Assembly (NCBI GenBank): GCA_010356995.1
Contig: ML996689.1
Span: forward strand, 1,382,691 to 1,446,690
From: Trichodelitschia bisporula
Lineage: Eukaryota
DNA length: 64,000 nt
Reading direction: 5' to 3'
The translations under genes were made by a program, and so were the position numbers. This document shows positions 1 through 10,311 of the stretch, one piece after another. The notes below the pieces were generated by a model. The model was not told the DNA's origin. It saw nothing but the letters and a program-made list of their open reading frames with translations, and did no database searches. Each line of letters starts with the position of its first letter. Position 1 is the first letter of the stretch.

Positions 1-458
1 ACGGTGTATACGAGCGGTAGACACATTCGAGGGAGCAACGCTGCTGCCAGGGGACGAGAGGATGGAGCCCTGAGAGATCAGCGAGACCCGCATAAAGAGA
101 TCAAACCTACCCTTATTGAAGGTGTGTCGTCGGGTATCGAAGGCGAAATCCCTGGGCTAAGCGCGCCATCCTGGACTTGCGGCGAGTGGATTGGGGAAGG
201 CGGTTCGTCATCCGGCTCCTCCACTCTCATCTTCCCGTAGCCTTGGAAAGAAGTGCCATTGAGGCCGGGCAAGGAGCTTTCCGTGCCCGATTCCACCTCT
301 TCCGGTGACCTTGTGCGACTGAAGGATTCGGTATCGCTGTCCTGATGCTTCAGGGAGAGCAGGTCCTTTTGGGTTATCGGAAGGGCGGGCGCAGGCTGCT
401 CAGTCGCGATGTCGGTTTTATTGTCGGGGACATCGCGTTCCCCGGGCTTGGAGCTCAT
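1..458 (-). CDS. VPS8: 5' end of a probable CORVET subunit Vps8 (runs off the left edge)
   Basis: ATG at 458. Exon 458-111, 41-nt intron 110-70 (GTAGGT..CTGAT..CAG), then open to the edge. The spliced peptide ...SPSIPDDTPSIR/GSILSSPGSS resembles the acidic N-terminal motif I recall from Pezizomycotina Vps8. The diagnostic domains lie outside the window. Confidence 0.55.
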
Positions 459-1007
459 GAGGCTCGCTGCGCGATTGGCATCGCTTCGTGGAGGCGATGT
501 TATGCGCACACTCCTTCGGATATTGGTCTGGTTTACAAACGTGTGATAGTTGTGAGCATGGTACGGGATGAAGATTAGATGAGAGGCGGGAAAGGCTGGA
601 GCTCTGTTGACACGGGCCGGATAGCATGTACACGGTTACTCCTGCTTGCAACACAAATTCTTTGAGATCAGTTTGGGTTGACGAATGTCAGCAGAGAAGG
701 CAGCTCCGTCGTAGCCTCGATCAGTTAGCTTGCCGCGCAGGCTGGGGGTTGCTATTCTGCCGTCAATTGATCAAGGCGGTCGGAGTGGCGCATCCCTGCA
801 AGAACATTATCCTGACATCGTTCCATCATCGTCATTCTTGACTCTCGGTGCATTCAAGCATTTCTACTACCACCGAGCAGTCACGATCAATACGGCCTTT
901 TCGTGAGATCCACAGTGTCCCTTGGTGACACACTTGCGAACTCAGTAGTCATCTTCCCTGAAAGCCGCCATCTACGAGCTCGCCATCTCCCTCGAGTCCG
1001 CTCCGCA

Positions 1008-1922
1008 ATGTCGTCCATAGGCCCAGAGCTTCCTCCGCATCTCCTTGCAAAGCGAAAGCGTCAAGCCGAAGAAGCCCAAACGTCTACGCACTCGCCGACC
1101 CTGGGAAAGAATGTCTCGAGCACAAGTAGCCCTGACGCAGCAGAGAAGCGTAGGCGTGTTATGGGACCCGCGCCGCCACCTGCGCCCCTAGCTGAGTTAC
1201 CGCAAACATCCGCCAACGATGATGGGAGTAGCAGCAGTGATGATGAGTTTGGCCCCTCGTTGCCCACAGGTAACACTACTACTGTAAGTCTATACTCCCG
1301 CACGCTGTCACTGCTAACCGCCCAGTCGTACGCGCATGATTCCGACGAGTCTCCTGGACCTAAGCCCGCGCCAACTGCCCCTAAGAAGGTGGAGCGAGAC
1401 GCCTGGATGCTTGTACCCCCTAAGCAAGACGATTTGGCAGCGCGCATGGATCCGACCAAAATTCGGGCGAAAAAGTTCAACACTGGGAGGGCTGCTGGGG
1501 CTAGTGCAGGTGGTGGCGGTATAGATACCGTGTGGACGGAAACTCCGGAGCAAAAGCGCAAGAGGCTGGAGAACGAAGTCTTAGGCGTGGCAGCTCCTGC
1601 ACACTCGACTGCCAAACAAGTCAAGCCGCGGGCAAAGGACGAAGAAGAGACCGCTCGGAGAATCAAGGAACATACGGTACGACCATTCCATCGGCCCCAT
1701 AACTTTTGCTAACCAATTCAGGAAAAACATCGGGGCAAGTCTCTGTATGATCAGCATCAAAAATCAACACCCCAGGATCTGGAGGATGATCCAAGCAAGC
1801 GAGCATTCGACAGAGAGAAGGACATCGCCAGCGGCACCAGAATAGGTCACACTCAACGCAAAGACCTAGTCAATCGGGCTGCTGACTTCGGCTCACGGTT
1901 TTCTGGCGGCGGATACCTCTGA
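1008..1922 (+). CDS. DUF3752 / GPALPP-motif protein
   Basis: Starts MSSIGPELPPHLLAKRKR, with further GPxxP motifs (GPAPPP, FGPSLP), RDAWMLVPP, WTETPEQKRKRL, and C-terminal RAFDREKD..FGSRFSGGGYL*. Introns 1284-1325 (42 nt) and 1677-1721 (45 nt). Confidence 0.88.
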
Positions 1923-2409
1923 GAGCTTGCTACAGTTTAGCTTTGATTTGAATTGTCCGACAATGCCATCCAGCTTTGATCATAACTTGATCTGGCTGTG
2001 ACCGCATCGGCTGCTCAACTGTAGCTTTATGGTGAAATGAGAAGCATTTGCTCAAGGTAGAGCCAATACCCCTATCATGCCTTCTAAGATGCTAAAACTA
2101 TCGTTTCAGGCTCCTGAATACAAGCCTTCCATTATCCGATGTCACCCCTGGTCCTCGCCCTCTGAAGCCTCTATACGTCTGTACTGTCCCAAACCTGATC
2201 AGACCGTATATACTGGTTCGGATGACAGCGACATCGGCAGAACGAATTCGCCGCCTTTGTTTCACTTGATCGCACCTTCCTCGCCAGGCATCCGTTTCTC
2301 CGCGCCGACTCCGCTCGCTTGCCCTCCTCGTTTTCTATACCGTTACCACGTGCCTTTCTGCTGAGCAATGGGCATGAGGTCTCCGTCACCGATACTTTTA
2401 CCTTTCCGA

Positions 2410-2556
2410 CTCCACTGCATCTTTGCAACTCCACTGAATCTTTGCAACTCCACTACATCTTTGCAAATCTACTACATCTTTACAACTCCGCTACATCTTT
2501 GCAAATTTACTGCATCTTTGCGACCCCACAACATCTTTGCAACTTCACTACATCTT
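2410..2556. repeat. 19-nt minisatellite, about 7.7 copies of consensus CTCCACTRCATCTTTGCAA
   Basis: Head-to-tail units start at 2410, 2429, 2448, 2467, 2486, 2505, 2524 and 2543, with a few substitutions each. Confidence 0.95.
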
Positions 2557-2667
2557 ACTGCTACCACTCACTACTCCCCATATTCTCTGTTTGTCCAACC
2601 GCTCCGTCTCTGGTACTGCCCCTTCTCATCCACCGCACACTTTCAGAATAATTAACATTCTATAGCT

Positions 2668-3851
2668 ATGGCTGCGCAGCAGCAAGATTTGCGTCTCGCC
2701 GTTCAATCGGAGCGCGACCTACGGGCTGCTTGCCCTGTCGCGGTGAGCTCAACGGTGTACTTTCCGCGCACCAAGTCAACGTGGAAGATTGAGAGGCGCG
2801 TGGTCATACCGCCGAAGCTACCCATCAGTGGGTTTTACGCCCTGCCGCGATACTGGGCGCCACGCCTCGATGTCACTGGCGTCGAGTACCTTGCGCGCTG
2901 TATCACGGATACTGGTCCGGGCGCTTCCATGGTAGGGAAGGCTGCCACCCTAAAGGTCTATTTGACGTAAGGGCACCCCTCTTTCTACTTGCGTACGCTA
3001 ACAGATCCCAGGACGCTAGAAGCGGGCTCCAAGGCTATCCCAACGGCTGCCATCAACGAGCTGCGTGCTCTAGACCAGCTTCGCATTAACCACTCCCGCC
3101 ATGCTCCTCATTTGATTGATGCAAGACTGGCCCGCGGCGAGGGCAACAAGCAGTACATCACGTACATCCTGATGCGGGTTCCTGTCGGCCATCGCCTGGG
3201 CTCAACGCATGAGTTTGCCGCCGACAGGTTCTGGACGCTGTCCCAGAGGCATCGGGTTGCGTTACGCAAGCTCTTCAACCTTGCACTGATGTATGTCCAT
3301 GACTCACCACTACATATGTTTTATTGTGCCCTGCTAATTCAGATTGGCAGGGATATCATCCGCTGTGGTGTGTACCCGATGGCATTCCACCCGAAGGACA
3401 TCATTTACAACAGGAACAACCAGACAGTGTGAGTCCAATTCGAAGCCCGTGGTTCTGTGCTTCATCAGTACCCTTCTAATGCGTAAAATGCAGGATCATC
3501 ACTGGGTTCGAGCGGTCACGCACTTATGCGCCGATCTACCGCAACCTCGATCTCGATAACCCACAATACAGCTTGTACTGGGAAGACGGCCATCTATTTA
3601 ACTGGGGTCTAATAAACCATCCTCCCAAGTACGTCGAGCTGTTTTCGCGCCGTCCTTGTGACGGTACGCTCTTCTACGCTTTACCGAAACGGCACCTTAA
3701 GGATGCCGACGAAGCATCCTACCCGGATCCGCAGCGAAAGACTATCGAGCAGCGCATTGTTTATCAGATGCGCCAGGGCGACAGCAACATCCCCCTGGTC
3801 GCATCCATGAGCAGTCTCGCTAGGTCAATGAGTCGCCACTCGTTGGTTTAA
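2668..3851 (+). CDS. Fungal protein-kinase-like (probably pseudokinase) orphan protein
   Basis: Introns 2967-3011, 3291-3350 and 3429-3493 join the ORFs into one frame. Kinase-like order of motifs: TLKVY (beta3 Lys), AINELRAL (alphaC Glu), YITYILM, GVYPMAFHPKDIIY, IITGFE, WGL. Confidence 0.6.
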
Positions 3852-4531
3852 TCCAACAGAGCTGACTCCCTGCTGTGGATCGGGAGAGGCCGGACAGTTG
3901 GGTTCGGGGCATGGGGTTTATTGAGGTACGCAAGTAAGCCAGTCAACATTGTGTCGGCATTCCGTTGTTCGACTGCGTTCTCTCCGAGCGCAAACAGTCG
4001 ATGTTCTTCTCTCTATAAGGTCTTCAGGTTCCGTAGTGCGTTTCGTTCATGTTCGATAGTGCATGTATGATGATGGATGAGTGGCGGATACTGGGTGTTA
4101 GGCGTTGAGTCGGTCGGTTCAGCGTATACCCCTCTTTCCACTACCTTTACCCTCTTCGTCTGCGTAATGGTCCTTCACCACTTGATGTGGCTCGCATTCG
4201 CAATGTCCATGATCAATGAATCTCTCAGTTTTCGTCTGTCTCCAGTCCCCGTCGATGGTTATGGCAAAATCAAGTGCCTTGGCTATTAAAATCTTTTCGC
4301 ATTTCACCGCTCGCCCAGGGCGAAGCCTCGCCCAACCCTACCTGAAGACTTACATGAGAACTAGCCCCAAGACTTGCTAAAGACTGATTAACCATATTGG
4401 TTTGGTCCTAACTAACATCTCCCCTAGAACCCCCCTTCTCCCCGAGCCACCCTTCCGCTCCTCTGCGCGCCTGTCAAACTGGCGCCCGTGGCGCCCGTCG
4501 GCCTCTTCTCACCCCACCAACGGGTGATCGT

Positions 4532-4579
4532 GTCAGCACGGATTACGACGAAGCTGACCGCTTGTATCTTGAGAATATC
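4532..4579 (+). pseudogene. Isolated 48-nt fragment of a carbamoyl-phosphate synthetase large subunit (URA2/CAD-type)
   Basis: Translates to [16 protein letters not shown], against the recalled CPSase motif [20 protein letters not shown]. The flanks are unrelated and a stop follows three codons later. Confidence 0.8.
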
Positions 4580-4644
4580 TTGCTAGGATGACAAACTTGC
4601 AAGAAAAACAGGCCGACAATATTGCCCTCCACTGGGCCATTGGG

Positions 4645-4704
4645 ACGATTGACGACATCATCTAGTTCTTCGTCACCTACATGAAGAATGATCGCCTCCC
4701 TACT
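4645..4704 (+). pseudogene. Isolated 60-nt fragment of a fungal RNA-dependent RNA polymerase (SAD-1/RrpB-like), with an internal stop
   Basis: Translates to TIDDII*FFVTYMKNDRLPT, against the recalled RdRP segment VTVDDITSFFVTYMKNDxLP just downstream of the DLDGD motif. TAG at 4663. Confidence 0.7.
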
Positions 4705-5029
4705 GGGTCCTCAGCCTCGGGTGCCAGAGTCCACCAACGTTGCCCCCTTGTATTTCCATCTCTGGAGAAGAATCTCCCGCCATGAAGTTCAGCTTCGGGG
4801 CGAGCAGCTTTGCTCGCTGCCCCCGACCCCGGGGGGGAGGGGACGGGGGCGGCAGCCGGTGAATCCTGCCAAGGTGCAGGACTTCCTCAACCGCTGGAAT
4901 CGGTCTCCGCAGCAACCTCATGATGCATCTGTGAGGCAGTTCGCCTCAACGCAATGGCTTCCGCACACCGGAACCGCGCGACATCTCCCCGCAAATCAAA
5001 TCTCTCTCCACACCCTTCATCCACTCTAT

Positions 5030-5319
5030 CACGATGCCTCGTTATTCTGCGGCTTTTCCGCCGTCTTTCCGGGGGGAGGGGGGGGCGGGCTCGCAGATTC
5101 CATCGCCTCGCTCGCACCCGCCGGGCGCTCGCCGGTCCGCGGGCAATCCGCCCCCGCGCACATGCCCCTCTCCCCACGATGCCGCGGTATTCAGCGGCTT
5201 CCCGCCATCTCGTCGGGGGGCGGGCAGGGAGGGGCTCGCAGATTCCATCGCCTCGCCCGCAGTTGATCGGGTGGGCGCTGGTCCGCGGGCAATCTGCCCC
5301 CGCGTACTCGCCCCGCTCT
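5030..5319 (+). repeat. Two imperfect GC-rich direct repeats (period 145 nt), a relic of a coding repeat
   Basis: Copies start at 5030 and 5175. They share CACGATGCC, GGGCTCGCAGATTCCATCGCCTCGC and GGTCCGCGGGCAATCYGCCCCCGCG, and both encode MPRYSAA..GSQIPSPR..VRGQSAPA. Confidence 0.9.
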
Positions 5320-5810
5320 GATGAAAAGGCCCGGCGCATCCGCCCAACAGACACTATCAGCGTCGACATTCACCTGGGAGTACGAGCTACTCCGTGCCAC
5401 TCCAGTGCGCTTCAAAGAGATGATCATCGACCCCCCTCCCCCGGACCGAAGGGTCTCAACCGGCCCGTTGTTTACCTGTCCTCTCCCCACTGGGGCGAGG
5501 ACCGCTCGGGCCGTCCCCGACAGGGCGCCTGTTTGCCGCCCCAGCGCCGACCAGATCTTCGTCAACATCACGCAGAAGTCGCCATCGCTGTCCGCCTATC
5601 CCAAGGCGGCGCGTGTCCCCTACTCGTCGCCGTCGGCGGCACAGAGCTGGCTTCTCTTCGTCTCTCACCGCGGACTACCAGTCCCCTCCACAACGGCCAA
5701 ATCGGCCACTGCTGGCGCGCCCCTTCGATGCCTTCAGAGGGGGGGCGGTGGCGTGCTAGGACATAGGCTTCAATACGGACACTTGAGACCCTCAAAGGCC
5801 TCATCCAACC

Positions 5811-5888
5811 ATCTACTGCCTGTACTGGCTGCAGACCAATCAGTGCCGCTACGAGTGGGGGGTATCCGGCTGCCGGTACATCCATGAA
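5811..5888 (+). pseudogene. CCCH-type zinc finger in a stop-interrupted frame
   Basis: IYCLYWLQTNQCRYEWGVSGCRYIHE is C-x8-C-x8-C-x3-H with typical aromatic residues. In-frame stops lie upstream at 5757 (TAG) and 5784 (TGA), with no ATG between them and the finger. Confidence 0.6.
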
Positions 5889-5949
5889 AGTCCGCTATAT
5901 CATGCTGCAGGATCCGGAGAGAGCACACGAGCGCCCGTTAATATACTGT

Positions 5950-5988
5950 CTTGTTATCGGCGCTACCAATCGCCCTGATTCTGTCGAT
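5950..5988 (+). pseudogene. Isolated 39-nt fragment of an AAA+ ATPase (sensor-1/SRH region, Yta7/Cdc48/Rix7-like)
   Basis: Translates to LVIGATNRPDSVD, against the AAA signature VIGATNRPDSxDPALRRPGRFD. No Walker A/B motifs or arginine finger in the flanks. Confidence 0.8.
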
Positions 5989-7069
5989 CTGGTCTTGCAG
6001 CTGTTGTCTACAGGATTGAAGTGGTGAATATAGGATGGCGGCGAACTCATGGTCAGCTCGGTTGGTTTATATCCTGAAGATATACTCGTGTGGATATACT
6101 GGCGGTGACCACGACCAAAACGGTGACCACGACCATCGGTCTCATCACTACATTGACGTGGCTCTCGACCATTATATACTGGAGCGCAAACGCGGCTCGG
6201 AGAGCTTGCCGGCTCGGCTCTCGACAATATGGTCGCTGCCATTGAAAATAATCGGTTTTATACAAGAGGATCCGGGAACAGAGCCTGCAACAAGAGATTG
6301 AACTCCTCAATACCGCCCTAAGCTTCAGGTAGACGATGACTCGCCTCACCACATTGCTATACCTCAAAATGCCTCCCTACAGCATGACGCCGTTATAATC
6401 TGGGGTACTAGTGTCAGCATTTATAGGGAATAGCGACTTGAGGGCCCCAAGCTTTGCCGGTACTTGAGCTCGAACCAGCACAACGTGTCTCCTATAGTCA
6501 GCGAACGTCATCCCGACGGCCACGGCTGCCGGGCCTAGCCAGACGATGACTGCGACAGCTGGTCCGAGGCCAGATATCTGTTTTGCAGTGCTGCATTCTT
6601 TGAGCATTGTCGCGCTCATACCATCAAGAAGCGCCTTTTAAACTGCTTCTTCGGGATTTTCAACGACTTGGCCAAGGTCCGGGATCTCGAGGTCCAGTTC
6701 TTCAAGAACCCGTACCATACCGTGGATCGTGACGATATAGAGTGCCTCGAGTCTAAGTAGATCGTTTGCGCTTGAGGCCGACAACATCGGCACTCGGTAG
6801 ATATATTCGACGTTGGTATCATCTGTTTGTAAAGTAGATTCAGTTATCAAGATAATTTCATTGCCATTGTTCCCCCAGAAGTATGAAATGCCCAAGGTAT
6901 CGCCAGTTCAGAACGCCGTTGGCAACCATAACTCCATCACCCAGGTGACGCAGATAAACCCCATCCAAAATCAAACGCCGCCAATGCCGCTCTCGCTCAT
7001 GATCCGTTAACCGTCATCAATCCCAAATCCCAACTATACAATCCCATATCCTACACCCCATCGGAAAGT

Positions 7070-8410
7070 CTACTCTTGCCATCCCCAAGTCCTCCTCAAC
7101 TCTCTCATCCGTGGGCTAACCTCCTCATTTGGCCTGACATACCCAAATGGCTTAACCGGCGGATCCAATCCTAAATTAGGCCTCCCGCCATTTTGACCCA
7201 TCGATCCCCTTCGACTTCCCATCCTCGAACTCCCTTCCCCAGGATCATCAACAAACGGCTCCCCACCATCCGCCAAATCCACCTCCTCATAAATCGGCGC
7301 ATAAGTCCCGACACTCCCACTCCGCCGGCGACCTCTCCGCGCCGCCATGGCCGCCGCACCGGAAGCCGATGTCATCGCAGGCACAAAAGGCGCTGACCCG
7401 GGATACGCGCCGCCATTCGTGCCCGTCCCAAAATCGAACCCGGAATTGGGACGGAACCCATTGCCCGTAGGCAAGAGGCTTTGCATCTCGGGTCTTCTGT
7501 TGCCAACACCGGCCTTAGGCGCGTAGGGTGTGTACGCCGTGGGTCCGGACGGGATGTTGGCTGGTTCTGGAGGAGGCGTGACGGGTGGATCGTAAAGGAA
7601 GGCTTCTTGGGGGTAGACGCCTGGACTGGAGGGGCGGGGTTGAGGGCGCCGGCGTCGGAGGAAGTAGATGGCTGCGGCGACGGTGAGGATTGCGGCGGAG
7701 ACGATGCCGATGACAACGCCGGCGATTACGTGGCCGGGTATGGCGTGACTGGGCTGAGAGGTTTGCGCGGGGAGAGGTACGCCGGTTGGCGTGGATGAGG
7801 ATGACGATGACGACGATGCTGATGTCGAGGTGGATGAGGATGTTGTCGAAGATGACGTAGAAGACGAGGCTGAGGATGTTGTCGAGGATGTTGATGTCAA
7901 AGATAGCGTCGAAAACGAGACCACCAGTGACGAAGGGGTTGCAGAGGACGGCATCGTCGGCATAGCGGTACTAATCGCCATGCTCGCAAAGGCACTCGGT
8001 GTGAACAGCGTCTGTGACTCAGCCGACACGGCATCCGCCAGCGAGCTCGGCTGAAGGACAGATACGCTTCCATCATTTGACACAATGACCTCGAGCGACA
8101 CCGTCGGGTCGAGCGACTGGATCACCGATGCCAGCGCTGCCGCCTGGTCTGATGGTAGCCCCACGATGACGAGGTCGGGGCCGGCGGTAGTCGCTGCGCC
8201 ATCTGAGGAAGGAGTAGCTGATGCGTCGGATGCGGGTGTAGATGCAGTAGAAGCTGCTTCGGAGAGTTGACGGGCTGCAAATGCTTTAGCAACGCTTACA
8301 GGACCATCCGGCGCCATCAATAGCTTACCCTTGAGACCTGCTCCCGCGACAGGTTGTGGAGTTAGGGTGATGCTAGCGAGAAAAGCGAGGAGCGCGGGCG
8401 AGTACCACAT
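7070..8410 (-). CDS. Type I membrane protein with Ser/Thr-rich ectodomain (Mid2/Wsc/SKG6-like architecture)
   Basis: Single exon from ATG 8410. Signal peptide MWYSPALLAFLASITL, long S/T tract, TM helix VIAGVVIGIVSAAILTVAAAIYFL followed by RRRR, and a cytoplasmic YPQEAFLYDPP. Confidence 0.8.
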   Translation of the reverse strand: MWYSPALLAFLASITLTPQPVAGAGLKGKLLMAPDGPVSVAKAFAARQLSEAASTASTPASDASATPSSDGAATTAGPDLVIVGLPSDQAAALASVIQSLDPTVSLEVIVSNDGSVSVLQPSSLADAVSAESQTLFTPSAFASMAISTAMPTMPSSATPSSLVVSFSTLSLTSTSSTTSSASSSTSSSTTSSSTSTSASSSSSSSSTPTGVPLPAQTSQPSHAIPGHVIAGVVIGIVSAAILTVAAAIYFLRRRRPQPRPSSPGVYPQEAFLYDPPVTPPPEPANIPSGPTAYTPYAPKAGVGNRRPEMQSLLPTGNGFRPNSGFDFGTGTNGGAYPGSAPFVPAMTSASGAAAMAARRGRRRSGSVGTYAPIYEEVDLADGGEPFVDDPGEGSSRMGSRRGSMGQNGGRPNLGLDPPVKPFGYVRPNEEVSPRMRELRRTWGWQE

Positions 8411-9221
8411 CGCATCTTGTTTGCAACGGGATACGAAAGATGGAAAGGCTCCCAACGAGCAAGAGGAAATCGACAATAGAGCAAAATAAAGAGACGGCAC
8501 TGCGATAGACGGTAAAACTATTTAATGATTTGTGGAACGTTGCGCCGCGCGCGAGGTGGCGACGGAGACGTTGATGAACCTCGCGCCAACAAGGCCAACG
8601 GCCCGCACAACTCGTCACCCCCCCATCCTCCCCTCCATTCGGCAGGGTAAAACATGGGGCTTAGCGGGCAGTTTGTTGGGGGGCTCAAGTCGAGAGCCGT
8701 GGCGCAGCACGACTTGAGCGCAGATCTGGCCAACGACATTGATGAGAGGGGCGAGCGCCACATGTCGCTTGCGCGTTGTGTCGATGTAGAGCAGGGGGGT
8801 TATCAAAGGTTGCGGCTTGGGAGATGGAGACTAACTTTAGTCGCTATCTTCGACTCTTCCTGTGGCTGTTGGTAATTTGCTTGGGAATCTTGAAACAATC
8901 GCTGACCAACAGGCCGGGTCAAGTAGGATGGGCCAATAGCGCTGAGGGGATAAAAGTACGCAGCTGCTTACCTAGGCCGCACGGCGCCAAATGTATCCAG
9001 TACGTACCTCATGTCTAGGGTACTGTGTAGGTAGTTTTACGGTGAGCGATCTCCGGCATATTCGGAAAAGAGGATACCAAGTCTGTGGGTGGCCTTTTAC
9101 CTCCGTAAAGGGTTGATACCTGCTAGAGCTCACTCCTCATACGGATGTACTGACCAGCAATCGAGTGGGATATCGGCTCTAGCATTACGGTAATAATCTT
9201 AACACGCATAGTGCCATTCCT

Positions 9222-10311
9222 TTAAGTAGATGGCGCTGGCAAAACATCATTCTTCGTCCCGTCCCGCATCAGTTCCTGCATCCAGTTTGGCCAGCCGCGT
9301 GCGCTTTGGGCGGCTGCCATCCACCCAGGAAGGACGACTTGACCACTCTGGCCGCTCAGGACTTGCTTGACGATGGCATTGGCAACTGTTTGCGGCGATA
9401 TGACAACAGCCTTGCTCTTTCCCAACGAATCGGCGAATGTATCAACCAACTTCGTGCTCACAAAGATGGGGTGCACACTACTGGTCCTAACATGCGGCGC
9501 CTTATACCTGTGCTTCAGTTCAGACGTCAGACCTTCGTGCAGTGCAAGCACGCCCGCTTTGGTCGCCGAGTAGTCGACGAGTCCTGGACAACTGACGAAG
9601 CTAGCCATGCTAGCGGTGGTGACGACATGGCCTTTGTTGACCTGGACCATGTGCGGCAGGAAGGCCTGGAGGGTGTAAAAGTTGCTGAGAACGTTGACAT
9701 CAAACAGTTTTCGAAGGTACTGGGGAGTTGATTCCAGAATCGTGTGAGCGTCAGCTATGCCGGCATTGTTGAGAAGGATAGACGGGTGGCCGAATGTCGT
9801 TCGGATTGCATCTGCCGTTGCATCGACCTCCTCCTTGACCGCGATGTTGCACTTGAAGTACTTGACGTTGCTTACTTTGTGGGGTTAGCGGCTTCGAGAA
9901 TAGCGGGTAGAGGGGGTCTAGCTGACATTTCTGCAGCTCCTCCGGGAGAGATGAGATGTCCATAACAGCAACTTTAATGCCCTTGGCCGCCAGTCCAGCC
10001 ACGGTGAGTGCTCCGATGCCGTTCGAGCCTCCAGTCACGACGGCCACCTCTTCGTCCCACTTCCACTTTGGCCCGCTCCTCAGCTGCCAGTTATTCAGCG
10101 CCCACGCGTTGAGCCGGCGGTTCAGCGCCCACACAAAGCCGAGGCCGAGAATCCATTTTAAGGAAGAATGGTACCGAGTATCGAATGGCGTCTTCGAAAT
10201 GATGCGAATGAGAGCGTCACGCAGTCTGTCCGGCCCATGCGCCAAGATGATGAGACAAGATGCCGTGCCAAATATGGTGCCATGATCTATGATCTTTGAA
10301 ACTGCCGACAT
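9222..10311 (-). CDS. Membrane-anchored short-chain dehydrogenase/reductase (retinol-dehydrogenase-like)
   Basis: VAVVTGGSNGIG (TGxxxGxG), NNAG, ASMAS, YSATK (YxxxK). One intron, 9926-9875 (52 nt). Confidence 0.92.

Noticed and set aside
2197..2235. DQTVYTGSDDSDI as another captured (WD40-like) fragment
   Set aside because: Too short and generic to assign without a search.
2410..2556. CRISPR-like array
   Set aside because: Units are contiguous with no unique spacers, the host is a eukaryote and there are no cas genes. It is a minisatellite.
4311..4364. Helitron 3' end (TCGCCCAGGGCGA hairpin plus CTAG at 4361)
   Set aside because: Hairpin-to-CTAG spacing (about 37 nt) is too long, it faces the wrong side of the mosaic, and I found no matching terminus, TIRs, LTRs or TSD.
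4688..5887. Overlapping ORFs of 160-270 aa as intact genes
   Set aside because: They arise in very GC-rich, repeat-containing sequence open in many frames. The meaningful peptides switch frames, so no single ORF is a credible gene.
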